Assembly: GCA_025061805.1 (NCBI GenBank)
Contig: JANWZV010000003.1
Coordinates: 1-49,200, forward strand
DNA length: 49,200 nt
From: Candidatus Dojkabacteria bacterium
Lineage (GTDB): Bacteria; Patescibacteriota; Dojkabacteria; J137
Direction of reading: 5' to 3'
The notes below the pieces were generated by a model. It did not search any database. It was not told the origin of the DNA and saw only the letters and a program-made list of their open reading frames with translations. The translations under genes were made by a program, and so were the position numbers. Shown in pieces: positions 36,718-45,860 of this stretch (the first letter of the stretch is position 1; each line of letters opens with the position of its first letter).

Positions 36718-37051
36718 TTGGTATGTTTTCTGGATTAAAATTCTTTTTTAATTTTAACATATGTAAATTTTTTTCTAAGACTTCTTCTTTTATTCTTTTT
36801 TTATTTTTTTTATTTAAATTATTAAATGCTTCTTTTTCAGATATGTCAAAAAATTTAGATAAAAATAAAACAATTTCAAACATACTTATGTTATGTTTTT
36901 CATAAAATTCATCAACAATTTTATTAAATGCTTTCACAATAATTCCATGTATTTTACTAGGAGTTGTGTTATATAAACTTGCTATTTCCTCATATGTTTT
37001 TTTATCATTATTCTTAAAATGATATTTTTTTATAGTACTAATTGAATTCAT
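36692..37051 (-). CDS. Small protein with a sigma70 region-4-like HTH
   Basis: KTYEEIASLYNTTPSKIHGIIVKAFNKI matches the sigma r4 pattern T.EEIA......V..I..KAL.KL. Confidence 0.6.
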   Translation of the reverse strand: MNSISTIKKYHFKNNDKKTYEEIASLYNTTPSKIHGIIVKAFNKIVDEFYEKHNISMFEIVLFLSKFFDISEKEAFNNLNKKNKKRIKEEVLEKNLHMLKLKKNFNPENIPNEGEINYE

Positions 37052-37063
37052 ATTTTTCTCCTT

Positions 37064-38446
37064 TCATTCAATAGACTCATCTAATTTCTTTTTAAACTCT
37101 TCAATAAAATCTGACACTAATTGTTGTGATTCTTGTTTAATTTCTTCTTCTGTGACAATTCTCATATGATTATAATCAACGGAAACTTCAATAATTTTAT
37201 CATTTTTACTCCATCGAGATTTTGCTATCTTCCAATACATTTTGTTTCTTTCATCTTCATCACTAGATTTTGAAACCATAATAATTAAATCAGCTCCATG
37301 TGCTACACCCATTGAATCAGCAATTTTTTCCAAACCTATATCTGTTGAATTATAACCTTCTCTGTTTACTTGAACAGCAGAAAAGATTGGAATATTGTAC
37401 ATCATAGCAACTTGTCGAACTTCTTCTGTAACTGTTTTTAATTTTCCATAAGTAGATTCTGAGAAAGCTTTTCCATTTGGTATCATCAACCCCAAATAAT
37501 CAATACAAATAAAATCTGGCTTAAAACTTTTTTTCAATTGCAAACTTTTTAGCAAAGAAATTAATGAATTTGCATTAAAAACATTAGGAAAAGATTCTTT
37601 AATAATTAATGTTCCAAAGGGCTTAATAGAAGAATCTATCTTTGCCTTTTCTTGTCTTTCTTTTACTTTTTCTTCTATAATTTTTTGAACCTCATCCAAT
37701 TTAAAAATATACTCACTAGTAGAAATATTGGACAAATTTACATCAATACGACTTGCTAAAATGTTCTGATTTATTTCAAGAGTAATGTATAAACCATTTA
37801 AACCTTGTTCAATTAATTTGTATGAAACATGTCCTAAAATAAGTGTCTTTCCACCATTTGTTGGTGCAGCAAAAACTATTAAAGATTTTGGTCTCCAACC
37901 ACCACCAATTGCTTCATCAATAATTTTATGTCCAGATGGAATAATATAATCTGATTTTTTCATATCTTCTATACGTTTATGTAAATCGCCAAAATAATCA
38001 ATTCCTAAATCATCATCAAAAGAAACTTCACTAGCTTTCATAACAATTGAAGCCGCTGAATCCGCATCTCCTTTTTCCAAATACTCAACACTTTTTAATA
38101 ATGCCTTTTTTATTTTTCTAATTTTTATAAAATTTTTTACTTCATCTTCAATAAATTGCAAATCTTCTTCAGTATATTCTAAACTTAAACATTCATTAAA
38201 ATAATCTTCACATTTTTCTATTTTTTCTGAATCATTTTTAAGGAGTTTAGGTAATAATGTTTTTATAACAACATTCCTTGATGGAATTTTAAAATACATT
38301 CCATAATATTTTTTAATACACTTAAAAATACTTGATCCTTCATCATTAAAAAAATCATGCTCTAATTTATCAATGTATTTTGAACAAAATATTATATTAG
38401 AAAACAATTCTTTTATAATAAACATTTCAATATTAATAGAAGACAT
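37064..38446 (-). CDS. gp41: Replicative DnaB-like helicase gp41
   Basis: LGIDYF, Walker A AAPTNGGKT, YITLE, ICIDYLGLM, SAVQVNREGY, IADSMG, KSR. Confidence 0.95.
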   Translation of the reverse strand: MSSINIEMFIIKELFSNIIFCSKYIDKLEHDFFNDEGSSIFKCIKKYYGMYFKIPSRNVVIKTLLPKLLKNDSEKIEKCEDYFNECLSLEYTEEDLQFIEDEVKNFIKIRKIKKALLKSVEYLEKGDADSAASIVMKASEVSFDDDLGIDYFGDLHKRIEDMKKSDYIIPSGHKIIDEAIGGGWRPKSLIVFAAPTNGGKTLILGHVSYKLIEQGLNGLYITLEINQNILASRIDVNLSNISTSEYIFKLDEVQKIIEEKVKERQEKAKIDSSIKPFGTLIIKESFPNVFNANSLISLLKSLQLKKSFKPDFICIDYLGLMIPNGKAFSESTYGKLKTVTEEVRQVAMMYNIPIFSAVQVNREGYNSTDIGLEKIADSMGVAHGADLIIMVSKSSDEDERNKMYWKIAKSRWSKNDKIIEVSVDYNHMRIVTEEEIKQESQQLVSDFIEEFKKKLDESIE

Positions 38447-38480
38447 AAACTTTCTCTCCTTTTATTTTTTAAGAAAATTT

Positions 38481-39614
38481 TCAATCGTTAATTGTACTAT
38501 TTTTTGTTTTTTCATCAAGATTATTTTCAAATTCTTCTGTTAAATTCAAATAACTATAAGAAGAATATTTTACATCATTTGAAACTTTTGCATCTAAATC
38601 TTTTAATATTGGTACCCAAACATCATCATTATATAAATCTTTTGTCCAAATAGTCTTATTAAGATGTTTTACATTCCATCTATTTCCTGTTTTTTCAATA
38701 AACCCATATTTAATCGCATCTTCTAATAATCCATGATAAGGTTGTAATCCTTTTTCAAAATCAATATAAGCATCAGCAACTAAACCCTCAGGAACAAATC
38801 TATTTTTGAAAGTTGTAAATACAATTCTGTTTCCAACTTTCTTTTTTTCACTTGAATTATCAACTAAATTTTTAATATCCTCTTTTACTGCATATTTCTT
38901 AATACCAACAAGAGAAGACACCATATAGATAAATGCATTTCCACCTTTTGGAACCTCTGTTGGTGGAACATTTGGATTTGGAGCTGGTTTTTCATATGTG
39001 TGATTTGTAATTACCATTGCTGCATTATATTGAGATATAGCTTTTTGTATAATTCTAGAAGCAGATGAAAATTGTTTTGCTCTTAGACCCATATCTTGAG
39101 ATGTTCCACCTTCTTCTGATTCATCTATTTCTTTTTCTGTAACTAAATTTGCAATTGAATCTGTCACTACTAACCATTTTTGATCTGGATCTTTTTCATG
39201 GAAAAACTTCAGTAAATTAACAATACTTGTTCTCCACTGTGATATTGTAATAATATCATCTGGAAGAATAATATTTGAAGTATCTATTCCAAATCTCTTT
39301 AAATCTTGATTTTCATAAGCATTTTCTGTGTCATAAACAATAATTCCATATCCAAGTTTTTGTGCTTCGCGAATTATATTTTTACAAACATAAGACTTTC
39401 CAACACCTGGAAGTCCTACAAATGCTGTTATTCTTCCATGTGCTATTCCTCTAAAATAAGATCCAGACAAAATTTTATTTAAAGAATAACATCCGGTTGA
39501 GATAAATGTAGAAATATTTGTATATAATGATTCATCACAAGTACTAACTTTTATATTTTTTTCTCTTTCCAGCTCTTTTATAAGTTCTCGAATGTTTAGA
39601 TTTTCCTTTTTCAT
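38481..39614 (-). CDS. uvsX: RecA-like recombinase UvsX
   Basis: ISTGCYSLNKILSG, Walker A GLPGVGKS, YDTE, DSIANL, DMGLRAK, TNHTY, GG, KNRF. Confidence 0.95.
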   Translation of the reverse strand: MKKENLNIRELIKELEREKNIKVSTCDESLYTNISTFISTGCYSLNKILSGSYFRGIAHGRITAFVGLPGVGKSYVCKNIIREAQKLGYGIIVYDTENAYENQDLKRFGIDTSNIILPDDIITISQWRTSIVNLLKFFHEKDPDQKWLVVTDSIANLVTEKEIDESEEGGTSQDMGLRAKQFSSASRIIQKAISQYNAAMVITNHTYEKPAPNPNVPPTEVPKGGNAFIYMVSSLVGIKKYAVKEDIKNLVDNSSEKKKVGNRIVFTTFKNRFVPEGLVADAYIDFEKGLQPYHGLLEDAIKYGFIEKTGNRWNVKHLNKTIWTKDLYNDDVWVPILKDLDAKVSNDVKYSSYSYLNLTEEFENNLDEKTKNSTIND

Positions 39615-39641
39615 AGTTCACTCCTAATTCAGATCTCACTT

Positions 39642-39669
39642 ATTATAATATAAAAAATAAAAATGTAAA
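39642..39669 (-). promoter_or_regulatory. Sigma70-type (early) promoter TTTACA-N16-TATAAT upstream of uvsX
   Basis: -35 at 39664-39669 and -10 at 39642-39647, the same spacing as the gp32 promoter. Confidence 0.6.
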
Positions 39670-39677
39670 AATAAAAA

Positions 39678-41435
39678 TTATTCCATTTTCGGATGTCTAA
39701 TTTTATCAATTTCAAAACGAATGGGAGATTTATTTGGTTCTACTAGGGAAGCATTATAAGAAACTTTATAATTTATTTGATCTTTATTAAATAAAACATA
39801 TTTAACTTTTATAAATTCATTATTACAATCAACAAAAGAATAATAATAAATTCCAACATTTTCTTCTTGTTCTTCATTTTGTTTATTTTTAATAAGATCA
39901 TTTAACATATTTTTAAAAGTTTCATTTTTATTTAAAAATTTAATTATGAATGAAACTAAAAAGAAATTCAAATAACCATGATTTGTTGATTTTACACCAC
40001 TATGTGGGTCAAACAAATTTATCATTACTCTTTTTGTATCATTTTTAATATTTGATATTCCTAATACTCTTTCATATATTTCTAATAATTTTTCAACAAT
40101 AAATTCTGGTTTATATTTCTTAGAACTTATTATCTTAGAATGCCACTGATCTAAATCTTCTATTCTAATATCTTTTAATTCATAACCAATTTTATTAAAA
40201 GTTATATTTATTTGATTTAAAAGTTCTTGTAAAACATGGGGAAAATATTTCTTAATAATTTCTTGAGAAACAGAAACTAAATTTTCAGCTCTTGTCTTAC
40301 TAGAAAACCTTTTAATAATATCTAAACATAACTTTGTTTCTGGATTATTTTTAATTTCTCTTTCATATTTACTTTCTAATTTATTAATATTGCTTTCTGT
40401 TAAAAATGGTTGTAAAGCAGATCCTCTTGCTCCTTCTGTTTTTACAGAAAAGAAATAAAAAATATTTCTACTTCCAATACCAGAAAAATCATATAATGTA
40501 TTAGAAGCTTCCGGATACTCTATTTTTTCTACAAAGTTTAAATTTTTTAATGCTAATAAAGCTGAGAAAACTTCTCCAAAATTTTTAGAAATAATTTTTA
40601 AATCCTGTTCGGTAAGATTATATTTTTTATCCGCACCAAAACGATGGACTTTTATTATTTCTGAGCCATTATCTTTCATTTCAATTTCTTGACTGTTTTC
40701 AATAGAAAATGTAATACAATCATTTAGATATTCATATATTTGTTGAGCAATATTATTTTTGAGAGAATCTTTTTTTTCTAATTTATCTTTAAATTTTTCA
40801 TAAATTTTATTTCTTAATACTTTTTCCAAAGTTTTGTAACTAGAAAAACTTTTATTTTCTAAACCTAAATCAGATGGAGATAATTCCATTGTACTTGAAG
40901 AAATAAAATAATTTTTTGAAACATCTAATCCACCAAGAATTCTCTTTAATTCTTGTTTTGGTTTTGACAAAAAACTTAATGGAATAAAAATTTCTTCATT
41001 TTGATAATTTACTTTCGCTAATGATATAACTTTCTTTGTTTTCTTAGAAATTTCATCAAAAACAGTATGGGAGAATATTGTATCATCTAAAATTTTTACT
41101 TCCGAATTTCGGGGAATAAATTTTTCTCTTTCTTTAAAGGGGGAACTTTCACTAGAAGAAACAGAAGAAACTGGTTTTACTAAATCATAAACAACATTTA
41201 TATCACTATTTGTAACAGTTTTTACTTCTAATGGTAATAATTCTTTACCTAATTGATCTCCTTTTTCTAAGTCTTTATTCATTTCTCTTATTTTATTAAA
41301 TAAATCTACAACATATTTTTTCCATGATGGAACCCCACCAGAACTTTTTCCTGCTAAAGATGCTTTTTCTTCATAAAGAATTTTGTTATAATTTCTTCTA
41401 ATATACCATGCTTTATAAGTAAAATATTTATTCAT
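39678..41435 (-). CDS. Hypothetical protein (585 aa) with a possible PD-(D/E)xK-like nuclease core
   Basis: KNFGEVFSAL...IEYPEASNTLYDF...FFSVKTEG resembles the E...D...xxK layout of restriction-type nucleases. AAGGAG SD. The CDS is certain; the function is tentative. Confidence 0.55.
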   Translation of the reverse strand: MNKYFTYKAWYIRRNYNKILYEEKASLAGKSSGGVPSWKKYVVDLFNKIREMNKDLEKGDQLGKELLPLEVKTVTNSDINVVYDLVKPVSSVSSSESSPFKEREKFIPRNSEVKILDDTIFSHTVFDEISKKTKKVISLAKVNYQNEEIFIPLSFLSKPKQELKRILGGLDVSKNYFISSSTMELSPSDLGLENKSFSSYKTLEKVLRNKIYEKFKDKLEKKDSLKNNIAQQIYEYLNDCITFSIENSQEIEMKDNGSEIIKVHRFGADKKYNLTEQDLKIISKNFGEVFSALLALKNLNFVEKIEYPEASNTLYDFSGIGSRNIFYFFSVKTEGARGSALQPFLTESNINKLESKYEREIKNNPETKLCLDIIKRFSSKTRAENLVSVSQEIIKKYFPHVLQELLNQINITFNKIGYELKDIRIEDLDQWHSKIISSKKYKPEFIVEKLLEIYERVLGISNIKNDTKRVMINLFDPHSGVKSTNHGYLNFFLVSFIIKFLNKNETFKNMLNDLIKNKQNEEQEENVGIYYYSFVDCNNEFIKVKYVLFNKDQINYKVSYNASLVEPNKSPIRFEIDKIRHPKME

Positions 41436-41468
41436 AGAAAAAAACTCCTTTTTATATTATTTATTAAA

Positions 41469-44207
41469 CTAAGAAAAAAGATCTCCTTCTGAAATGGAAT
41501 TATATTTTAAATCTGGTAATTTCCAATTTAAAACATTAAAAATACTTTTAATTGGACTTAGTACAGCCCTATTAAACTGTTCTTCTTTATTGACATATTT
41601 TTCAAGATTTAATTCTTTGGGAAATTTATCTTTAAATCCAATAACATTCTCTGGCCATTGTGGATTTTCAATAATATACACATATTTCATTTTATCTCCA
41701 CTTTTTATTGGTTCATATTTTTTTGTAAGTAATTTATTTTTTGAAATTGCATTATTATATAAAATAGCCGCTCTAATGTGCATTGGAGTTGATTTAAAAC
41801 CACCATGATTTTTATATTTTTCTAAATATTCATCCAAATTATTCACAGATGAAGGAAAAGCAATATCTACTATATCAGCATTTTTAAATTTCTCATAAAG
41901 ATTATACAACTCTTGTATAGTAAATTGATAATTTGTTTTTAATAAGATGTTTTTAATAATGGTTTTCAAATTTTCTCTGGCAAATGGTGGAGTAGACGAT
42001 CTAACAACATCGATCCCAACAAGTTTTAATCTTTTTCCTTCTTCTAACTCTACACCCTCACTGTTTATAACCCACATAGCATAATGCTTTTTAGCATTTA
42101 AAAACAATGCTCTAGATGCAATAGCTTCTCTCTTAAAAAATATAGTATTTTTTTGTAAATTACAATATTGTGTTGTCAGAATCTGCATATTTTTCTGAAT
42201 AATGGAACTTACTAAATTAATTAATGAAGATGCTTGTTCTTCTTGTTTTTCTTTTTCTTCTTTTGACCATAAATCAAAAAATTCTGAATTTTCCTTTTCA
42301 ATATTAAATAACAAAAAATTTTTAATTTTTTCATCAGACTTTGATAAATCAAAACCCATTGATTTTAAAATTTTTTCAAATGAAACATACAAAGAATCAG
42401 TATCACCATAAATTACAACATCTGAAACTATTTGATTTTTATTATTTCCAAATTGTTTATTGTTTTCCCATTTAGAACTACTAAAATAACTATTAATTGC
42501 ATATATGCTTGATGTTGTAATAAGTCTTCCAGTCATAGTTACAGCAACAGCATTATCATAATCATACAATCGAGAATGTGGTGTTCCCAAATAACCATAA
42601 ACACTATTAATCAAAATTTTATAATTATATTGTAATCCATCATATTCTTCTTCTTTCTCTTTGTTATGTTGTTCTTTTGCTTTTAACATCAATTTTTTAT
42701 ATTCTTTTCTTTTATCAAACCACTCTTTAACAAATTTCCCAACCACTCCCTGAACATCAGTTTTATATATTGCACCATTAGCAGCTAAACAATATTTATT
42801 TTTTTTCATAAAATCAGCAAATTTTCTAATTGAAATTTCTTTTCCTGAAATTTGCATAACTGTATCATCTTGATGTTGATCATCCGCCAAACATTTCATA
42901 AGAGGTTTAACATATTGCTTTGGAATAACAGTAATTTTTGTTTCTGGGCTTATATTCCAACCCATCATAATTGATGGATACAATGATGTAGCATCAAATG
43001 AAACAATCCACTGATGAATTCCCGGTTCTGGATCTTTTACATAACCACCAATATATTTTTCATCTTCTTTTTCATTTACATCTGAAAAATTCCTAACATC
43101 TGGAAGGACAATTTTATCTTGTGCTAATCTTGAAAGAAAAGCACCATCCAAAACTTTTGTTGTTTTCACAAAGTGTTCAAAAGGAACTCTACACCCATAA
43201 CAAAAAGTAAACAACAAATTAAAAAACTTCTTTTTTTCATCTAATTTCTTCAAAAGTCTAACATCTTGAATATTATATTCTACATATTGTTGCCAATTTT
43301 TATACAAATCAGCAATAGTTCCATCATATGGAATTTTTGATTCACCAATTTCTTTTTTAGCTATATAATCTAGTTTCCAAGATTCTTGTTCAGAAAAGGT
43401 ATAATTTTGAAAAACTTCCATATAATCAAGCAAATTTATTCCTGGAATTTCAAATCTTTCTTCAAATTTATATTCTGAAATTGGAAGTCTTCTACTATAA
43501 ACATAATCTATAGGTGAAATTTTTGAAGCTCCATCTTTGATAATTCTTCCCTTTTCATTTTGTTCATAGCCAAATAATTTTCTACAACGATTAATAATAT
43601 ATGGTATATCATATCCATTACTATTCCACCCAGAAATAACATCTGGATGTGTTTTTTGAATAAAATTCATAAATTCATTTAAAAGTTCTTTTTCATCCTC
43701 ATGAATATATTTTTCAAAATTTTCATTATTTTTTCTTAAAAACTTATCATCAAAATCTTTTTCACAAAATATAAAAAATTTCTTTTGTTTTGTTGACCAA
43801 ATAGTAATAATTTTGATTGGATAATTTGCGTCTTTCGCTTCTGGAAAACCGGCATCTGAGTAAACCTCAATGTCCAAAAAATAAATATCAAAAATAGGAA
43901 GTTTTAAATCAATTCCTAAATAATGCTGAATAATAAATTTTGTTTCTATTGGAACATCAGATTCATAAGTTTCAATGTTTTTTGACTTATAATATTGAAT
44001 CTTATCTTTGTAAGTATACCAATCTTTACATTCTATTTTTTTGACTAAATTTCCAAAAATTGTTTTATATTCAGAATTTCTATCTTGAGAAGAAATAAAA
44101 AAATACAATGGTGGGTCATAAACATTAAGTTTTTTTATTCCATTTTCATATTCCCAACAAAGAATTTTATTTGTTTGGAATTTATCATAATAAACATATG
44201 AATACAT
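41469..44207 (-). CDS. gp43: Family B DNA polymerase gp43
   Basis: Exonuclease DIEV, GWNSNGYDIPY, YNIQDV. Polymerase SFDATSLYPSI, KILINSVYG, YGDTDS, KKHY. No intein-sized insertion. Confidence 0.98.
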   Translation of the reverse strand: MYSYVYYDKFQTNKILCWEYENGIKKLNVYDPPLYFFISSQDRNSEYKTIFGNLVKKIECKDWYTYKDKIQYYKSKNIETYESDVPIETKFIIQHYLGIDLKLPIFDIYFLDIEVYSDAGFPEAKDANYPIKIITIWSTKQKKFFIFCEKDFDDKFLRKNNENFEKYIHEDEKELLNEFMNFIQKTHPDVISGWNSNGYDIPYIINRCRKLFGYEQNEKGRIIKDGASKISPIDYVYSRRLPISEYKFEERFEIPGINLLDYMEVFQNYTFSEQESWKLDYIAKKEIGESKIPYDGTIADLYKNWQQYVEYNIQDVRLLKKLDEKKKFFNLLFTFCYGCRVPFEHFVKTTKVLDGAFLSRLAQDKIVLPDVRNFSDVNEKEDEKYIGGYVKDPEPGIHQWIVSFDATSLYPSIMMGWNISPETKITVIPKQYVKPLMKCLADDQHQDDTVMQISGKEISIRKFADFMKKNKYCLAANGAIYKTDVQGVVGKFVKEWFDKRKEYKKLMLKAKEQHNKEKEEEYDGLQYNYKILINSVYGYLGTPHSRLYDYDNAVAVTMTGRLITTSSIYAINSYFSSSKWENNKQFGNNKNQIVSDVVIYGDTDSLYVSFEKILKSMGFDLSKSDEKIKNFLLFNIEKENSEFFDLWSKEEKEKQEEQASSLINLVSSIIQKNMQILTTQYCNLQKNTIFFKREAIASRALFLNAKKHYAMWVINSEGVELEEGKRLKLVGIDVVRSSTPPFARENLKTIIKNILLKTNYQFTIQELYNLYEKFKNADIVDIAFPSSVNNLDEYLEKYKNHGGFKSTPMHIRAAILYNNAISKNKLLTKKYEPIKSGDKMKYVYIIENPQWPENVIGFKDKFPKELNLEKYVNKEEQFNRAVLSPIKSIFNVLNWKLPDLKYNSISEGDLFS

Positions 44208-44251
44208 ATTTTAACCCCTCACAATATAATTTTACATTTGAATAAATAAAA

Positions 44252-45316
44252 TCAAGAAAAATTTGATTTATAAAGTTCTTTATATATTCCAATGTTTTCT
44301 GAACTTTCAAGCCATCTTTTTGCTAATTCTGCTTTTCCAGCTTGTAAATATTTTTGATAAGACTCTTCATTATTCCATAGCTCCTTAATAGCAGAATACC
44401 ACAAATCAATTTTATTTTCCAAAGTTAATAAACCAGGAACTAAATCATATGGTCCTTTTTTATTTCCAATTGAAGAACAAATAACAGGAAATCCCAATGC
44501 AGAATATTCTAAAATTTTTAAATCAGATTTTGCTAAATTAAATAAGCTATCAGCTATAGGAGCTATTGCTATATCAGCATCTATTTCATCCAATGCATTA
44601 GGATATTCAATAACATTCCTCCATTTATGTTTTTCTACTTTTCCTTCTAATTCTGGTGGTGCAGTTCCAAAAAATATCCAATGAAATTCATTTAAAGTTT
44701 TCTCTATAAGAGGAATTAAAAATTCTAGATCACCACCTTTTCCAATATGAGATGAAGAACCAGCCCATAAAATTCTTGGTCTGTTTTCTTTTTTTCTTTT
44801 ATCTCTTTTCCCAAGATTTTTCCATACATAATGGGGTAAAAAATTTGGTACTACATATGAATTTTTAATATTGAATTTCTCTTCATAATAGTCTTTCAAA
44901 AATTTAGTAGAAAAAGTAACAAAATCACATATTCTAAAAATTTCTATTAAATTATTTTTTCTTGTTTGTGTATAAAATTTATAAGCCATAGTATTATGTG
45001 GCATTATTTCATGAACTAAATCATCCAAATCATAAGATAATTTTGTTGGAAATCCAAATTTTTTTATATTTTCTTTATAAAAACTAATTATTTTTGTTTG
45101 AGAAATTGTAACTTGTCTTTGAAATCTTATATGATCTGATATTTTTATAAAATTAATATCAAAATTAAAAGCAAATAATTCAGAAACTTCATAATTTTCA
45201 TCACAAACTGCTAAATATCTAAATGGATAAAAAGTTCTATAAAATCCACACCCATGTTTATCTGCTGGATATAAAATAATTTTGGATGGTTTATTTTTAT
45301 TCTTTTGCATATTCAT
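44252..45316 (-). CDS. Glycosyltransferase, GT-B fold (GT4-like)
   Basis: GCGFYR, YDLDD, VTFST, VVPNFLP, ILWAGSSSH, DIAIAPIADSLFNLAKSDLKILEYSALGFPVICS. Confidence 0.88.
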   Translation of the reverse strand: MNMQKNKNKPSKIILYPADKHGCGFYRTFYPFRYLAVCDENYEVSELFAFNFDINFIKISDHIRFQRQVTISQTKIISFYKENIKKFGFPTKLSYDLDDLVHEIMPHNTMAYKFYTQTRKNNLIEIFRICDFVTFSTKFLKDYYEEKFNIKNSYVVPNFLPHYVWKNLGKRDKRKKENRPRILWAGSSSHIGKGGDLEFLIPLIEKTLNEFHWIFFGTAPPELEGKVEKHKWRNVIEYPNALDEIDADIAIAPIADSLFNLAKSDLKILEYSALGFPVICSSIGNKKGPYDLVPGLLTLENKIDLWYSAIKELWNNEESYQKYLQAGKAELAKRWLESSENIGIYKELYKSNFS

Positions 45317-45361
45317 TTTTATTTCCTCTGAAAACTATATTATATATTTTTTTTTAAAAAA

Positions 45362-45369
45362 TATAAATA
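45362..45369 (+). promoter_or_regulatory. T4-type late promoter TATAAATA upstream of gp55
   Basis: Exact consensus on the + strand 38 nt before the gp55 ATG, in a very AT-rich context. Confidence 0.45.
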
Positions 45370-45407
45370 ATAAATAATTTATATAAAATTAAGTATATGG
45401 AGATCAT

Positions 45408-45860
45408 ATGCAAAAGAAAAAAACAATTAGAAAAAAGAAACCAATAGCTTCTAAAGAAGATTATTATATTGACAATGATGAATATGTTAAAGAAATCTTA
45501 AATTATAAAAAAACTGGTATAGCTTCAGAAAGATTAGGAGAGTTATTTACTCTTCATACAGAGAGATATGCTTCCGCACTTTCTTTTAAAAATTATACAT
45601 TCTTAGAAGAAATGAAATCCCAGGCAAAATTATTTTTACTTAAATATGCCAAATCATTTGATCCAAACTATGATTCAAAAACTGGAAAAAAATTAAATGC
45701 TTTTGCTTATTGTACAGCTATAATATATAATGCTTTTATACAAGTAATTAATAGAGAAAAAAAGCATTCAAAATTAAAAGATAAAATTATAAAAGTATAT
45801 AAAGATATTAATTTTTATTCAGATAAAATAAGATCTCTTAAAAATGTTGATTTAGAGTAA
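45408..45860 (+). CDS. gp55: Late-transcription sigma factor gp55
   Basis: YYIDNDEY, FKNYTFLEEMKSQA, SFDPN, NAFAYCTAIIYNAFIQVINREKK. Confidence 0.92.
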   Translation: MQKKKTIRKKKPIASKEDYYIDNDEYVKEILNYKKTGIASERLGELFTLHTERYASALSFKNYTFLEEMKSQAKLFLLKYAKSFDPNYDSKTGKKLNAFAYCTAIIYNAFIQVINREKKHSKLKDKIIKVYKDINFYSDKIRSLKNVDLE

